DNA of 64,000 nt from Eledone cirrhosa. Its lineage: Eukaryota. The notes below the pieces were generated by a model. That model was given only the letters and a program-made list of their open reading frames with translations. It did no database searches and was not told the origin of the DNA. The position numbers were made by a program, and so were the translations under genes. The stretch spans positions 41,540,001 through 41,604,000 of the forward strand of contig OZ024757.1 of assembly GCA_964016885.1 (NCBI GenBank), written 5' to 3'. This document shows, one piece after another, positions 1-12,830 of this stretch. How positions within the stretch are numbered: position 1 is the first letter of the stretch; each line of letters begins with the position of its first letter.

Positions 1-137
1 ACCACCACCACCATCACCACCACCATCACCATCAGCATCACCACCACCATCACTATCACCATCACCACCATCACCACCATCACTATCACCATCATCATTA
101 TCATCACCATCCTCACCACCACCACCACCATCATCAT
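1..137. repeat. (ACC/ATC)n trinucleotide microsatellite
   Basis: Imperfect CAC/CAT triplet run from the window start. Confidence 0.95.
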
Positions 138-213
138 TGTGCGTAAAGTAGAAACAATTACTATGATTACTATTATTATTGCTTCTTCACTCAGCCTCTA
201 ACCTTATTTGTAT

Positions 214-388
214 TACTATTATTATTGTTGTTGTTGTTGTTGTCGTTGCTGTTGTAGTTGTAATCATTGTTGTAGTAGTAGTTGTAGTAGTAGTTGTTGT
301 AGTAGTTGTAGTAATAGTAGTTGTAGTAGTAGTAGTTGTAGTAATAGTAGTTGTAGTAGTTGTAGTGGTAGTAGTAGTAGTTGTAGTA
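214..388. repeat. (GTA/GTT)n microsatellite
   Basis: Triplet run that explains the poly-Val and poly-Cys/Ser ORFs. Confidence 0.95.
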
Positions 389-513
389 TATACCCTGTGT
401 ACAAATGTTTTATATAAACTGTGTAAGTTCAGCGGAGTTGTCTAATGAGGAAAAAATATCTAAATAGAAAAGAGTTGATACAAAAACATGTCAGTGATTC
501 ACTTTGGTAGGAA

Positions 514-1090
514 TAACAGACAACAACAACAACAGCAACAGCAACAACAACAGCAATAACAACAACAGCAGTAACAACAACAATAACAACAGCAACAACT
601 ACAACAGCAATAACAACAACAACAATAACAACAGCAACAGCAGCAACAACAGCAACAACAGCAACAGCAATAACAACAGCAATAACAATAACAACAACAG
701 CAATAACAACAACAGCAATAACAACAACAGCAATAACTACAACAGCAATAACAGCAACAACAGCAACAGCAACAATAACAACAGCAATAACTACAACAGC
801 AATAACAACAACAGCAATAACAACAACAGCAATAACAACAACAGCAATAACAACAACAGCAATAACAACAACAGCAATAACTACAACAGCAATAACTACA
901 ACAGCAACAACTGCAACAACAGCAACAACAACAGCAACAGCAACAGCAATAACAACAACAACAACAGCAATAACTACAACAGCAATAACAGCAACAACAG
1001 CAACAACTACAACAGCAATAACAGCAACAACAGCAACAACTACAACAACAGCAATAACAGCAATAACAACAGCAACAACGAGAACAACAT
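514..1090. repeat. (CAA/CAG/AAT)n compound microsatellite
   Basis: About 570 bp of triplet repeats that explain the poly-Asn and poly-Cys ORFs. Confidence 0.95.
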
Positions 1091-1171
1091 GAACTATATG
1101 AAAAGAAATGCAAAGAAACTAATGAGAACTAGTACAGTCACAGTCAAAGTCAACCACTCTCTCACTGTGCT

Positions 1172-1183
1172 CATATATATATA

Positions 1184-1236
<53 letters not shown>

Positions 1237-1509
1237 GTATGTATATATATATATATGTATGTATATATATATATGTGTATATATATATATATGTGTATAT
1301 ATATATATATGTGTATATATATGTGTGTATATATATGTGTGTGTATATATATATATGTATATATATATATGTATATATACATATGTATATATATGTGTAT
1401 ATATATATGTGTGTGTGTATATATGGTCTAAAGCCCGACATGTCAAACTTTCTTTCCCCTTTTCCATATAAAGCGTGAAACTAATAAGACTTTTTTATCT
1501 CTGTTTTTT

Positions 1510-1585
<76 letters not shown>

Positions 1586-2007
1586 TATATATATATATAT
1601 ATACACATATATATACATATATATACACATATATATATATACATATATATACACACATATATATACATATATATATACACACATATATATACATATATAT
1701 ATACACACATATATATACATATATATATACACACATATATATACATATATATATATACACACATATATATATATATATACGTATATATATATATATACAC
1801 ACATATATATATACATATATACACATATACACATATATACACATATACACATATACACATGTATATACACACATATATATATATATACACATACACATAT
1901 ATATATATACATATACATATATATTTATATACATATATACATACACATATATATACACACACATATATACACACACATATATATACACACACATATATAC
2001 ACACACA
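1172..2007. repeat. (TA)n/(TG)n/(CA)n microsatellite blocks (similar tracts occur throughout the window)
   Basis: Direct inspection; the YIYI-type ORFs are artefacts of these tracts. Confidence 0.97.
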
Positions 2008-2370
2008 TGGTGGCACGCAATTCTAAGACAGATTCTCCAAGGAGGTTATTATATTAATACACAGTCTATAACTAAATATAAACCATTATACATACATTAA
2101 TAATATAGTCATGGAGGGGGGAGACGCTTAGTTTTATTTTGTGGATTTTATATATATTGTTGTTGTTATTATTATTATTATTCTATATCTTTTGTTGTGT
2201 TTGTTGTAATTTACTTTTGTTTGCCTTGTACCACTAGAGGAAATATGTAATAATACTAATAAGGATGATGGTGGTGGTGGTGGTGAGGGTGGTAGTGGTG
2301 GTGGTGAGGGTGGTAGTGGTGGTGGTGGTGAGGGTGGTGGTGAGGGTGGTAGTGATGATGGTGATGATAA

Positions 2371-2587
2371 TGATTCCTACCTAGACACAAGGCTAGTAAT
2401 TTGGGGGGGAGAGGGTGAAGTCGATTAAATCGACCCCAGTGCATTACTGGTACTTTATTTCATCGACCCCTTAAGGATGAAAGGCAAAGTTATCCTCAGC
2501 AGGATTTTAACTCAGACCGTAAAGGGCCGCAACTCTATGCTGCAAAAGCATGGCGTCCGAGACCTCTACTGATACTGCCAATCCACC
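2371..2587 (-). mobile_element. tRNA-derived SINE family A (central GCCTTTCATCC..GGGGTCGATAAAATAAAGTACCAG domain, (ATT)n tail)
   Basis: Minus strand shows an A-box-like TGGCAGTATCAG, a B-box-like GAGTTAAAATCC and a conserved central domain. Other copies or fragments at about 6710-6925, 8645-8735, 10885-11295, 14755-14945, 19974-20144, 29070-29285, 33230-33730, 40065-40142, 49670-49965, 50150-50320. Confidence 0.85.
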
Positions 2588-3469
2588 GATCATTTATTTT
2601 ATAAGCCACAAGGGCAAGTATAATAATAATAATAATGCTGAAGACAATGGTGATGTTGGTGGTGATGGTAGTGATGGTAGTGACGACAACAATGATGATG
2701 ATGATGATGATGATGATGGTGCTGGTGATGATGATGATAGTGATAATGATAAAGGAATACAAGAAAAGAAAGAAAAGTATGATATTTTCAGAGTGATAAT
2801 ATAGGTAACTATATTGGGACATGTGAAAAATAAATAATAAATAAATGATAATAAAAACAAGAACAATGACAACAACAATAACAATAATAATAACAACAAC
2901 AATAATTACAATAATAATAACAATAACTACAATAATAAAATCATATATAATGGAGGAAAAAATTGAGCGAATGTATTTTTATGTGTAGTTTTGGTTATAT
3001 AGGTGTGGTGGATATGCAGTGTGGTTTATGCATAGGAAACTAAATTTATTAGTATAATAGTTGGTATCATAAAGAATTTTTCTTAGCACTGGTGTATGGA
3101 GACTAGCACGATCTTATACAGTATGTATAAGGAATGGTTAGTATTGTCTTTTAGTCTTTTTTTTTCTGGGGGTTCTTTCTGGGGGTTTTTGTTACATTTA
3201 GAAACATATTAGTTATTGCTTTCTATATGTTTGTTTTGTGGCTTTTGGGTATCTTTTTTTTTTTTTTTGCTGTAAAAGCAGCAGCAGTTGTCAGGAAGTG
3301 TATATGCCTGAAAACATGAATATATATATAGATATATAATATATATATATAGATATATAATATATATATATATATAGATATAAAATATATATATATAGAT
3401 ATATAATATATATATATATATAGATATATAATATATATATATATATGTACATACATATATATATATTCA

Positions 3470-3519
<50 letters not shown>

Positions 3520-3576
3520 AATGTATATATATATATAATATATACTCATATATATTTCTATATGAGTATATATTCA

Positions 3577-3620
<44 letters not shown>

Positions 3621-3700
3621 CATATGGATATATATGTATATATATAATATATACTCATATATATTTCTATATGAGTATATATTCATTCATATATATATAT

Positions 3701-3740
<40 letters not shown>

Positions 3741-3812
3741 TATATATGAGTATATATTCATTCATATATATATATATATAATATATATATATATATGAGT
3801 ATATATTCATTC

Positions 3813-3844
<32 letters not shown>

Positions 3845-4200
3845 ATGTATATATATATATTCAGGAACAGCTTTTCTTTTCTAATAATAATAATAATAAT
3901 AATGATTTCTTTTGTGTGGCCAAGTTGGTTGAAGGAGATAATAAAAAGAGAATCTGCAACATTAAGGTTAGGTGGTGTAGTGTGTGGGGGGTTACATAGA
4001 AAGGAGAAAAATATGAGTAATAAATATATATATAGTATACATGTTCGGTATATATTGTATACAATTATATAAACCATTTAGTCTTCCTGCCTGGTATACC
4101 TCTAGTTAATTGGGGAACCCCAAGAGCCCACAATTACCTTGTCTATCAAGGGCGATTGACCTCTCTCAAATGTTGTTGTATGACCTACAGACACAAGACA

Positions 4201-4925
4201 TTAGCAGTGGTTACTTCTGGTGTCCTTGGACCTGGGACCACCTCCCTACTCACCACCATCGGCTTCTGGTGTCCTTGGCCCTAGGACCACCTCCCTACTC
4301 ACCACAATCAGCTTCTGGTGTCCTTGGACCTGGGACCACCTCCCTACTCACCACCATCAGCTTCTGGTGTCCTTGGACCTGGGACCACTTCCCTACTCAC
4401 CACCATCAGCTTCTGGTGTCCTTGGACCTGGGACCACTTCCCTACTCACCACCATCAGCTTCTGGTGTCCTTGGACCTGGGACCACCTCCCTACTCACCA
4501 CCATCAGCTTCTGGTGTCCTTGGCCCTAGGACCACCTCCCTCCTCACCACCATCAGCTTCTGGTGTCCTTAGTCCTAGTACCACCTCCCTACTCACCACC
4601 ATCAGCTTCTGGTGTCCTTGGTCCTAGTACCACCTCCCTACTCACCACCATCAGCTTCTGGTGTCCTTGGTCCTAGTACCACCTCCCTACTCACCACCAT
4701 CAGCTTCTGGTGTCCTTGGTCCTAGTACCACCTCCCTACTCACCACCATCAGCTTCTGGTGTCCTTGGTCCTAGTACCACCTCCCTACTCACCACCATCG
4801 ACACAGAGTTGGCTACCCACAGGGGTGATCCTAGCAAGCTGGAATGGCTGCCCTTCCAGCGCGCCTCCCTCACCATCCTCCGAGGAAACGCCTTCTCTAT
4901 TCTGTCCGCCATGGCTGCGGAGTAG
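4201..4925 (+). pseudogene. Decayed fragment of a CRE-like (RLE-type) non-LTR retrotransposon C-terminus, interrupted by a minisatellite
   Basis: Collapsing the repeats gives LAVVTSGVLGPGTTSLLTTI-DTELATHRGDPSKLEWLPFQRASLTILRGNAFSILSA*, matching the [AV]ETxG.xG...QR.S..I.RGNA motif at the end of CRE-clade ORFs. Confidence 0.7.
4213..4799 (+). repeat. 49-bp minisatellite, about 12 copies
   Basis: Unit CTTCTGGTGTCCTTGG(A/T/C)CCT(G/A)G(G/T)ACCACCTCCCTACTCACCACCATCAG. Confidence 0.97.
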
Positions 4926-4967
4926 CCAGCATGTGGGCTCCCAGTTGCTCATAATAGTGAGAGATGG

Positions 4968-5265
4968 GGAGAGTGAGAGACGGAGGCAGTGAGGGAAAGA
5001 GAGAGGTGGGGAGAGAGCGATAGATGGAGGCAGTGAGGGAAAGAGAGAGATGGGGAGAGTGAGAGATGGAGGCAGTGAGGGAAAGAGACAGATGGGGAGA
5101 GTGAGAGAGATGGAGGCAGTGAGGGAAAGAGAGAGATGGGGAGAGTGAGAGATGGAGGCAGTGAGGGAGAGAGAGATGGGGGCAGTGAGGGAAAGAGACA
5201 GATGGGGAGAGTGAGAGAGATGGAGGCAGTGAGGGAGAGAGAGAGATGGGGAGAGTGAGAGAGAC
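4968..5265 (+). repeat. Purine-rich minisatellite, about 42-44 bp unit
   Basis: Repeated GAGATGGAGGCAGTGAGGGAAAGAGAGAGATGGGGAGAGT. Confidence 0.9.
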
Positions 5266-5411
5266 AGTGACAATAGAAATCTGATTCTATTATGTTCAGT
5301 CCTTATTAGGAATTTTTTTTGTTTCACTGTATATGTAGATACACACACACTCACATATATAGATAGATGTATATATACATACACACATATATAGATAGAT
5401 GTATACACACA

Positions 5412-5451
<40 letters not shown>

Positions 5452-6374
5452 CACACACACACTCACACACACTCACGCTCACACGCTCACACGCACACAC
5501 ACACACACACACTCACACACATGCACTCACTCACACACACTCACACACACACGCGCACACATATATATAATGATAGATATATGTATATACACACACATGC
5601 ACACGTACACACACACACACACTTGCTTACATAGCCACACAAACAGAAAAAGATTCTTTGATTTTTAATTACATTTTGAAAAATAGTTTTAAATAATGGG
5701 AAGAAAATTACCCATTTTCTATAATATATATCTGTGTCTATTGATTAATGGTGAATGGAAGTATTGATTACCAAATTGAGAATTGAGGGAAAGAACCAGG
5801 TTGGCCCCAAGCAACTATGTAAGACCACCATAGAAAATTACATTAGAAAAATTGTCTCTATTTTTCACCTACGTTGGTTATGAAGCCCCTCATCAATTTG
5901 ATGATAACCACCATCATTATTTTCATCATCATCATCATCACCATCATTACCATTTTTGTTGTTATCATTGTTACCGTTGTTGTTGTTATCGTCACCGTTA
6001 CTATTGTTACTCTTGACGATGCTGCTCAAGAGAGGAATGTCGTACCTCATTTCATTGCCTCATTCTATGTATATTTCCGTCATTCTAAATTCAGATATCC
6101 GATCCATTCTCCAAATATTAATTATATAGATATATATATATATATACATATGTATATATATGTGTGTGTATATATATATATATATTATATATATATACAC
6201 ACACATGGTGGATGGAAGTTGATGAAGTAAATTTGATGACTTTCGTAAAATAATGTAGGTATATATATATATATTACATTTAAATATATTCCATATTTGA
6301 TTGAACAATAGCCTGTGTGTATATATATAGAGAGAGAGAAGGAGAGAGATAGACAGTGTGTGAGTGAGAGACAT

Positions 6375-6406
<32 letters not shown>

Positions 6407-6948
6407 GTAGATACATAGATAGATAGACACGAAGGGAGATAGAAAAAAGAAGTACTTTTATTACAACATACTACTAGAAGCCTTTTAAGGCAATTTTCTC
6501 TCCTAAACCAGAGGTGTGCTTCATGAACCCCTTGTCATCCTTAATACTCACCTTGAGGTGTTTTTTGAGGCAATGTTTCGCAGCCAGACACCCTTCTTGT
6601 TGCCAACCCTTTTAGTTCCCTCTTACACCACCCAGGAGTATATAGGGCACCTGTGTTAGTCTTTACACACACAGAATTTGTCAGTAAAATATTATATATA
6701 TCGTCAACGATAATTTCTAATTAAGGTAGAAACTCAGCAAATTTGTGAGGAAGGATAAAGTTGATTAAGTCAAACCCCAGTTGTTGACTGGTACTTTATT
6801 TTATTGACCTTGGAAGGATGAACGACAAAGTTGAACTGGACAGGATTTGAACTTAGAACGTAAAGAGATGTAATACTATGCCACAAATCATGGTGCCCGA
6901 TGCTCTACTGATTGTGTTAATAAACAATCCATATATAAATATATATAT

Positions 6949-7262
6949 GGAGGCACATGGCTTAGTGGTTAGAGCATTGGCCTTGCAATCTAAAGGTTGT
7001 GAGTTCAATTCTCAGACCGGGTGATGTGTTGTTTCCTTGAGCAAGACACTTTATTTCACATTGCTCCAGTTTACTCAGCTGTAGAAATGAGATGATAGGA
7101 CTGGGGTCCCTATCATTCCACTGCAAAGTGGTCGTGGAGGTGCCACGGCAAAAAAGCCAGCACTCACTGTAAATGAGGTTGGTGTAGAAATCAAGCCAGA
7201 ATCAGTTCCCGTCCCACCCTTGCAAGCAGGGAAAAGCGGACATAAAATGATGATGATGATGA
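6949..7262 (+). mobile_element. tRNA-derived SINE family B with an RTE-type 3' tail
   Basis: A box TGGCTTAGTGG, B box GAGTTCAATTC, body CCTTGAGCAAGACACTTTATTTCAC..GCTCCAG, 3' end CCCACCCTTGCAAGCAGGGAAAAGCGGACATAAAA(TGA)n. Related heads at 13906-14170, 38537-38800, 52777-52950 and 13150-13262 (minus). Confidence 0.85.
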
Positions 7263-7504
7263 TATATGTATATGACTTCTATACGACTAGAACTGTTTCA
7301 TTCCTAGGAAATCATATATATAGATATATAGATATATATATATAGATATATATTTATATATATTGTTTTAATAATATTGCCAGAAATAATAACACACTCA
7401 CTGTTGGTTAGTTTTCACTTCTGTATCTTTTATATCTCCATAGTTAATTTATTTGGCCATCAATGTTTATCATTGATTGACATACAGATATAAATATATA
7501 TATA

Positions 7505-7556
7505 TAGTCTATCAAAGTTCTTTCGTTGCGCATCTGCAACATCATCAGCGGTACTA
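7505..7556 (-). ncRNA. Minimal type-I hammerhead ribozyme motif (degenerate stem I)
   Basis: Minus strand: tagtaccg CTGATGA T GTTGC agatgc GCAAC GAAA GAAC TT tgatagacta; 5-bp stem II and intact core. Confidence 0.6.
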
Positions 7557-7610
7557 TTATGTTTCCTCCTATTGTATTGTATTATATGTCTACGCCATTT
7601 TTATTTTATA

Positions 7611-7647
<37 letters not shown>

Positions 7648-8225
7648 GAGGGTGGAGTGAAACAAATTTCATCTGGTCATTCCATGAGAGTATCTTGGTC
7701 ATCCTAGGAACCTTTCAACCAACCCTCATAAATAGTTCTTTCAATTTTCTTCTTTTTAATGTCAATTTCTAATTCTTTAGATGAAGCTTTTTAGGCTTGT
7801 TTGCTTTTTTTTTTCTTCAGTTTCCAATTATTTACTTCTGTGTTTAGTGAATTTAATTGACGCCTGGAAAATGTCCAATTAGCAAAAGGACAGTCAAGCG
7901 CTGTCTATTCTGTTTTATTTTGTTTTCTTATTCTCTTTATGATAATTCTATTATTCCAAGATCTAATTTGTTTCAAGTTGTTACAATGTCAGATTATAAA
8001 GGCTGCAGTATTTGTTCCACATCATTGCACTCTGGGTTCAAATCTCACCAATGATTCAGGTCAACTTTGCCTGTCAGCCTTTAAATTGATCGATTGATAA
8101 GGTCCCAGACCTCATTTCATTCGTTTAACAAGTGTGGTGTAACCCATCAAATCGAACCAAGGAATCAATGCTTCCATTGGTCTTTCCATTGCTGATACTA
8201 TCTACCAGTCGCAACTCCTATACAT

Positions 8226-8319
<94 letters not shown>

Positions 8320-8354
8320 ATATTTATATATATATTTATATTTATATATATATT

Positions 8355-8495
<141 letters not shown>

Positions 8496-8589
8496 GGTGG
8501 CCCAAAAGTCACACAGGGTCGCAACTGTTTGTAAACTTTTTAAATGAGGAGTTTTATTTCATGTAACCAGAGCTGATTGTACCTGGGCT

Positions 8590-9150
8590 GATAACAAAAT
8601 GATTAATGAAGAATTTTGAGGTATTTACTAATATTATTGATTATTAAAGTACCAGTAACATACTAGGGTCGATTTAATCAACTTTCCCCTCCCTCCATAT
8701 TGCTGGCTTTGTGCCTAACTCAGAAACCATTCATTATTTCATTACATATGGTATTTGTATAAAATTATGTCGAAAGATTTTAATTTAAATAGGAACCTTT
8801 TAAAATGTTTGGTTTTGTTTCATGTAACCAGAGTTAGTATTAGCTGAGTTGGTAGAAAAATGATTAATGGAGAATTTTGAGGGATTTACTAAAATTATTA
8901 ATTATTTCATTACTGCAATAAAAACTTAACATATGGTTTTTTTAATAAAATTATGTTAGAAAATGAAATACACTGCATATGTGTTTCAATTAATTTTTTA
9001 AATAACTGAACACTAGAATCAATTTAATAAAATAATTAAATTTTTCATTAGTAACCTGATATTAAGAACATTAATTAAGAAAAAAATATTAAATTGGTAT
9101 TTTATATCAGAAACCTAGGGTTGTTTCGGGAATATTGGTATTAAAAGGTT
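8590..9150. repeat. AT-rich dispersed repeat with internal subrepeats; second copy at about 14185-14750
   Basis: Both loci share the blocks GAATTTTGAGGGATTTACTAAAATTATTAATTATTTCATTACT and TAAAATTATGTTAGAAAATGA; possibly a non-autonomous DNA transposon. Confidence 0.65.
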
Positions 9151-9935
9151 GAAGTAGTATATATTTAGTATACTCAGTGGAGTTGTAAAGGTGATGTAGT
9201 GGCATTCAGCATTTCTTGTACCTTTTTTTAAAGCTGGTGGAGACCATACCTCTGTATTATTGAACACATTTGATTTCTTCTAGAAAAGGAGAGAGTGAGA
9301 AAGAGAGAGTGGGAAAGAAGGAGTGAGAGAGAGGGAGTGAGAAAGAGGGAGTGGGAGAGTATAGACTGGGTGATTTTTGTCATGTCACCAACACAACCAC
9401 TTTACAGTATAGACTGGGTGCTTTTTGTCATGTCACCAACGCAACCACTTTAATCAATGTATTAAAACCAGTCTGGAACTTAATACAAATAATCTTTATG
9501 AGAAAACAATCAACCATCTTTCGTAAATGGTGGAGCAAATGTTTTTGTTTGTACACCAGAGACAATTAGAAACATTACTACAGATAATACATGGATCTCT
9601 TATGAGGAAGGAATTGATATTAGATTTGGTTTAAAGAAATAAACCAAGGAAACATTGAAGAGGTTGGGGGAAATTAATTAAAAGCTTCTAAATGTTATCT
9701 TAGATAAAGAATCTAAGATAAGAGGTTTTGTATCAGACACAGACTTAAGAATTCTTTAGAAATCAATATATTATGCTGTATGTGTGTAACACACATATAC
9801 AGACATACGCATACACACACATATATACACATATACACATACATATATATATATATATATACACATACACACACACATACATACATTAATGCATACATAC
9901 ACTCAGGGACACACACATACATAAACTCACACATG

Positions 9936-9966
<31 letters not shown>

Positions 9967-10392
9967 GCACACACATACATACATTAATGCATACACATAC
10001 AAACATGCAAATATACACTCGGGGACACATGCATACACACATACATAAACTCACATATACTCACATACACATACACACAAATGAAAGGAACATTTAGGAA
10101 TTATTATTATAGATAAAATTAGATTAATGATATTATTGCAAAGAACTAAATGTAGGAAAAAATCAGTTTATTGCTTTTCTTGATACAAATACTTCACAGA
10201 TTTATGTAGGAGGGATGTTGTATTGATTAATCCTCATCAGTATCATTAGCATTGTTTATTGTACATTTCCACGCTAGCATGGGTTAGACAGGTTGTCCCA
10301 TTTGAGGCAAGTTGGGACAGGTGATCATGTCTTGCTCATATAGAACGGTTTGTGGCTTGGTTTCTACAGCTGGATGCCCTTCCTAATGCCAA

Positions 10393-10848
10393 CCACTTTA
10401 CAGTGTATGCTGGGTGCTTTTTGTTGTGACACCTACATGACAACTTTATAGTGTGGACTGGGTACTTTTTGTCGTGACACCTACATGACAACTTTATAGT
10501 GTGGACTGGGAGCTTTTTGTTGTGACACCTACATGACCACTTTACAGTGTGGACTGGGTACTTTTTGTCGTGACACCTACATGACAACTTTATAGTGTGG
10601 ACTGGGTACTTTTTGTTGTGACACCTACATGACCACTTTACAGTGTGGACTGGGTACTTTTTGTTGTGACACCTACATGACAACTTTATAGTGTGGACTG
10701 GGTACTTTTTGTTGTGACACCTACATGACAACTTTATAGTGTGGACTGGGTACTTTTTGTTGTGACACCTACATGACCACTTTACAGTGTGGACTGGGTA
10801 CTTTTTGTCGTGACACCTACATGACCACTTTACAGTGTGGGCTGGGCA
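10393..10848 (+). repeat. 48-bp minisatellite, about 9.5 copies, grown out of an RTE-related SINE body
   Basis: Unit CAACTTTATAGTGTGGACTGGGTACTTTTTGTTGTGACACCTACATGA, directly continuing the SINE motif TTTCTACAGCTGGATGCCCTTCCTAATGCCAACC. Confidence 0.93.
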
Positions 10849-11675
10849 TTCTTAAAGGCAATCTTCACAATGGACCAATAATAATAATGGTTTCTGATTT
10901 AGGCACAGGGCCAACAATTTTGGGAGAGGGGAAAATCGATTAAATCAAAACCAGTGTATTACTGGTACTTTATTTTATCGACCACATAAAGATGAAAGGC
11001 AAAGCTAACCTGGGTGGGATTTGAGATTAACTTTACCTTTCATCCTTACAGGGTTGATAAAATAAAGTACCAGCAATACACTGGGGTTGATTTAAAAGTA
11101 ATAATAATTGTTTCTACTTTTGGCACAAGGTCAGCAATTACCACAGTGCATTACTAGTACATTATTTTATTGACCCTGTAAGGATGAAAGGCAAAGTTAA
11201 CCTCGGCGGGATTTGAACTCAGATCATAAAGGGGTGTAACTCTATGCTGCAAACATGGCGTCCGACCCTCTACCGATAAAGCCAATCCCCCACCCTCTTA
11301 ATAGTAATAATAATGATAATAGTAGTAATATGATTTCTAATAACAATATTAATAATAATAGTAATGTTATATTACATATTTTCTATAGTTAGCCGATCTT
11401 TAGCTGTAATAGGATCGAAATAAATCTAAGAAATAACTAATAAAACTAATAAATAATTTTTCCAGATTCAAGAAGGAGAAAACAAAAAATAAATAGAGAA
11501 AAATATATTAAAAAAGTCTAAAGAAGGAAAATGAATAAATGAATAGAATAAATAAAATAAATAGAACCAGAATAATAGAATGGAATCCTTTAAATCATTC
11601 ACAAAACCATTCAGTTTAATTAAAGCGAAGCTTAACTGAAACTATGCCAGAAAGAAATAGATATATAAATAAAGA

Positions 11676-11717
<42 letters not shown>

Positions 11718-12204
11718 TATATATATATACATATATATATGCATATATATATATATATTTATGTATATTGTCCCACAATAATAAAGAGAAAAAAATTTTT
11801 ATATAAAAAAATTAAAAACAAAAATAGAAAAAATACTAAATATAAAGATTAAAAAATATGAAAATTAAAAAAAAAACGAAAAAAAAAAATAATAATATAA
11901 AATAAAATATAATATATTGAAAAATAAAGGTTTGGATGTTAAATAGATTTCTATAAACTATAGAAGTTGATTTGGAGCCAGTGTGTTATAACTCCTGCGA
12001 TGCTTACTGTCTGCCAGAAAAATGTGGTACATTAAACTAGAGATCAAAGAGAAATATTTACATGTGCACTTATAAAGATTCCAGTTCAAAGTAGAGTTCA
12101 TTTGATGGTGATTTCTGAACAGATTAAAGGGACTAAAATGTGTTTTAATTTGGAGAAAATATCAAATGTTTCAGCTGCAAAAATGAAAGATCATATATCA
12201 ATAA

Positions 12205-12830
12205 CTGGCACATATCTTTTCTCTCTCTAGTTGTGTTGTTGTGTGGTTAATTGTGTTGTTGTATAGCTGATATATATCTTCTCTCTCTCTCTAGTAGTGT
12301 TGTTGTGTGGTTAGTTGTGTTGTTGTATAGCTGATATATATCTTCTCTCTCTCTAGTAGTGTGGTTTTGTTGTGTGGTTAGTTGTGTTGATGTATAGCTG
12401 ATATATATCTTCTCTCTCTCTAGTTGTGTTGTTGTGTGGTTGGTTGTGTTGTTGTATAGCTGATATATATCTTTTCTCTCTCTCCAGTTGTGTGGTTTTG
12501 TTGTGTGGTTGGTTGTGTTGTTGTATAGCTGACATATATCTTTTCTCTCTCTCCAGTTGTGTGGTTTTGTTGTGTGGTCGGTTGTGTTGTTGTATAGCTG
12601 ACATATATCTTTTCTCTCTCTCCAGTTGTGTGGTTTTGTTGTGTGGTTGGTTGTGTTGATGTATAGCTGACATATATCTTTTCTCTCTCTCTAGTTGTGT
12701 GGTTTTGTTGTGTGGTTGGTTGTGTTGTTGTATAGCTGACATATATCTTTTCTCTCTTACCAGTTGTGTGGTTTTGTTGTGTGGTTAGTTGTGTTGATGT
12801 ATAGCTGACATATATCTTCTCTCTCTGTAG
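12205..12830 (+). repeat. About 69-bp minisatellite, about 9 copies
   Basis: Unit TATAGCTGACATATATCTTTTCTCTCTCTCCAGTTGTGTGGTTTTGTTGTGTGGTTGGTTGTGTTGTTG; 23-aa periodicity in the ORF track. Confidence 0.93.

Noticed and set aside
179-2026. Long poly-Asn, poly-Cys, poly-Val and Tyr/Ile ORFs (also the poly-His ORF at 33829, WLVG ORFs at 34615-36038 and the many YIYI ORFs elsewhere)
   Set aside because: Translations of microsatellites that lack stops in some frames; no domain content
6949-7020. Functional tRNA genes at SINE heads (also 13906, 38537, 40832, 52777)
   Set aside because: Cloverleaf stems are broken and most run into SINE bodies
12005-12190. Possible minus-strand exon (TTTTTGCAG acceptor, GTAAGC donor)
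   Set aside because: All three frames contain stops; could be non-coding but cannot be supported without transcripts
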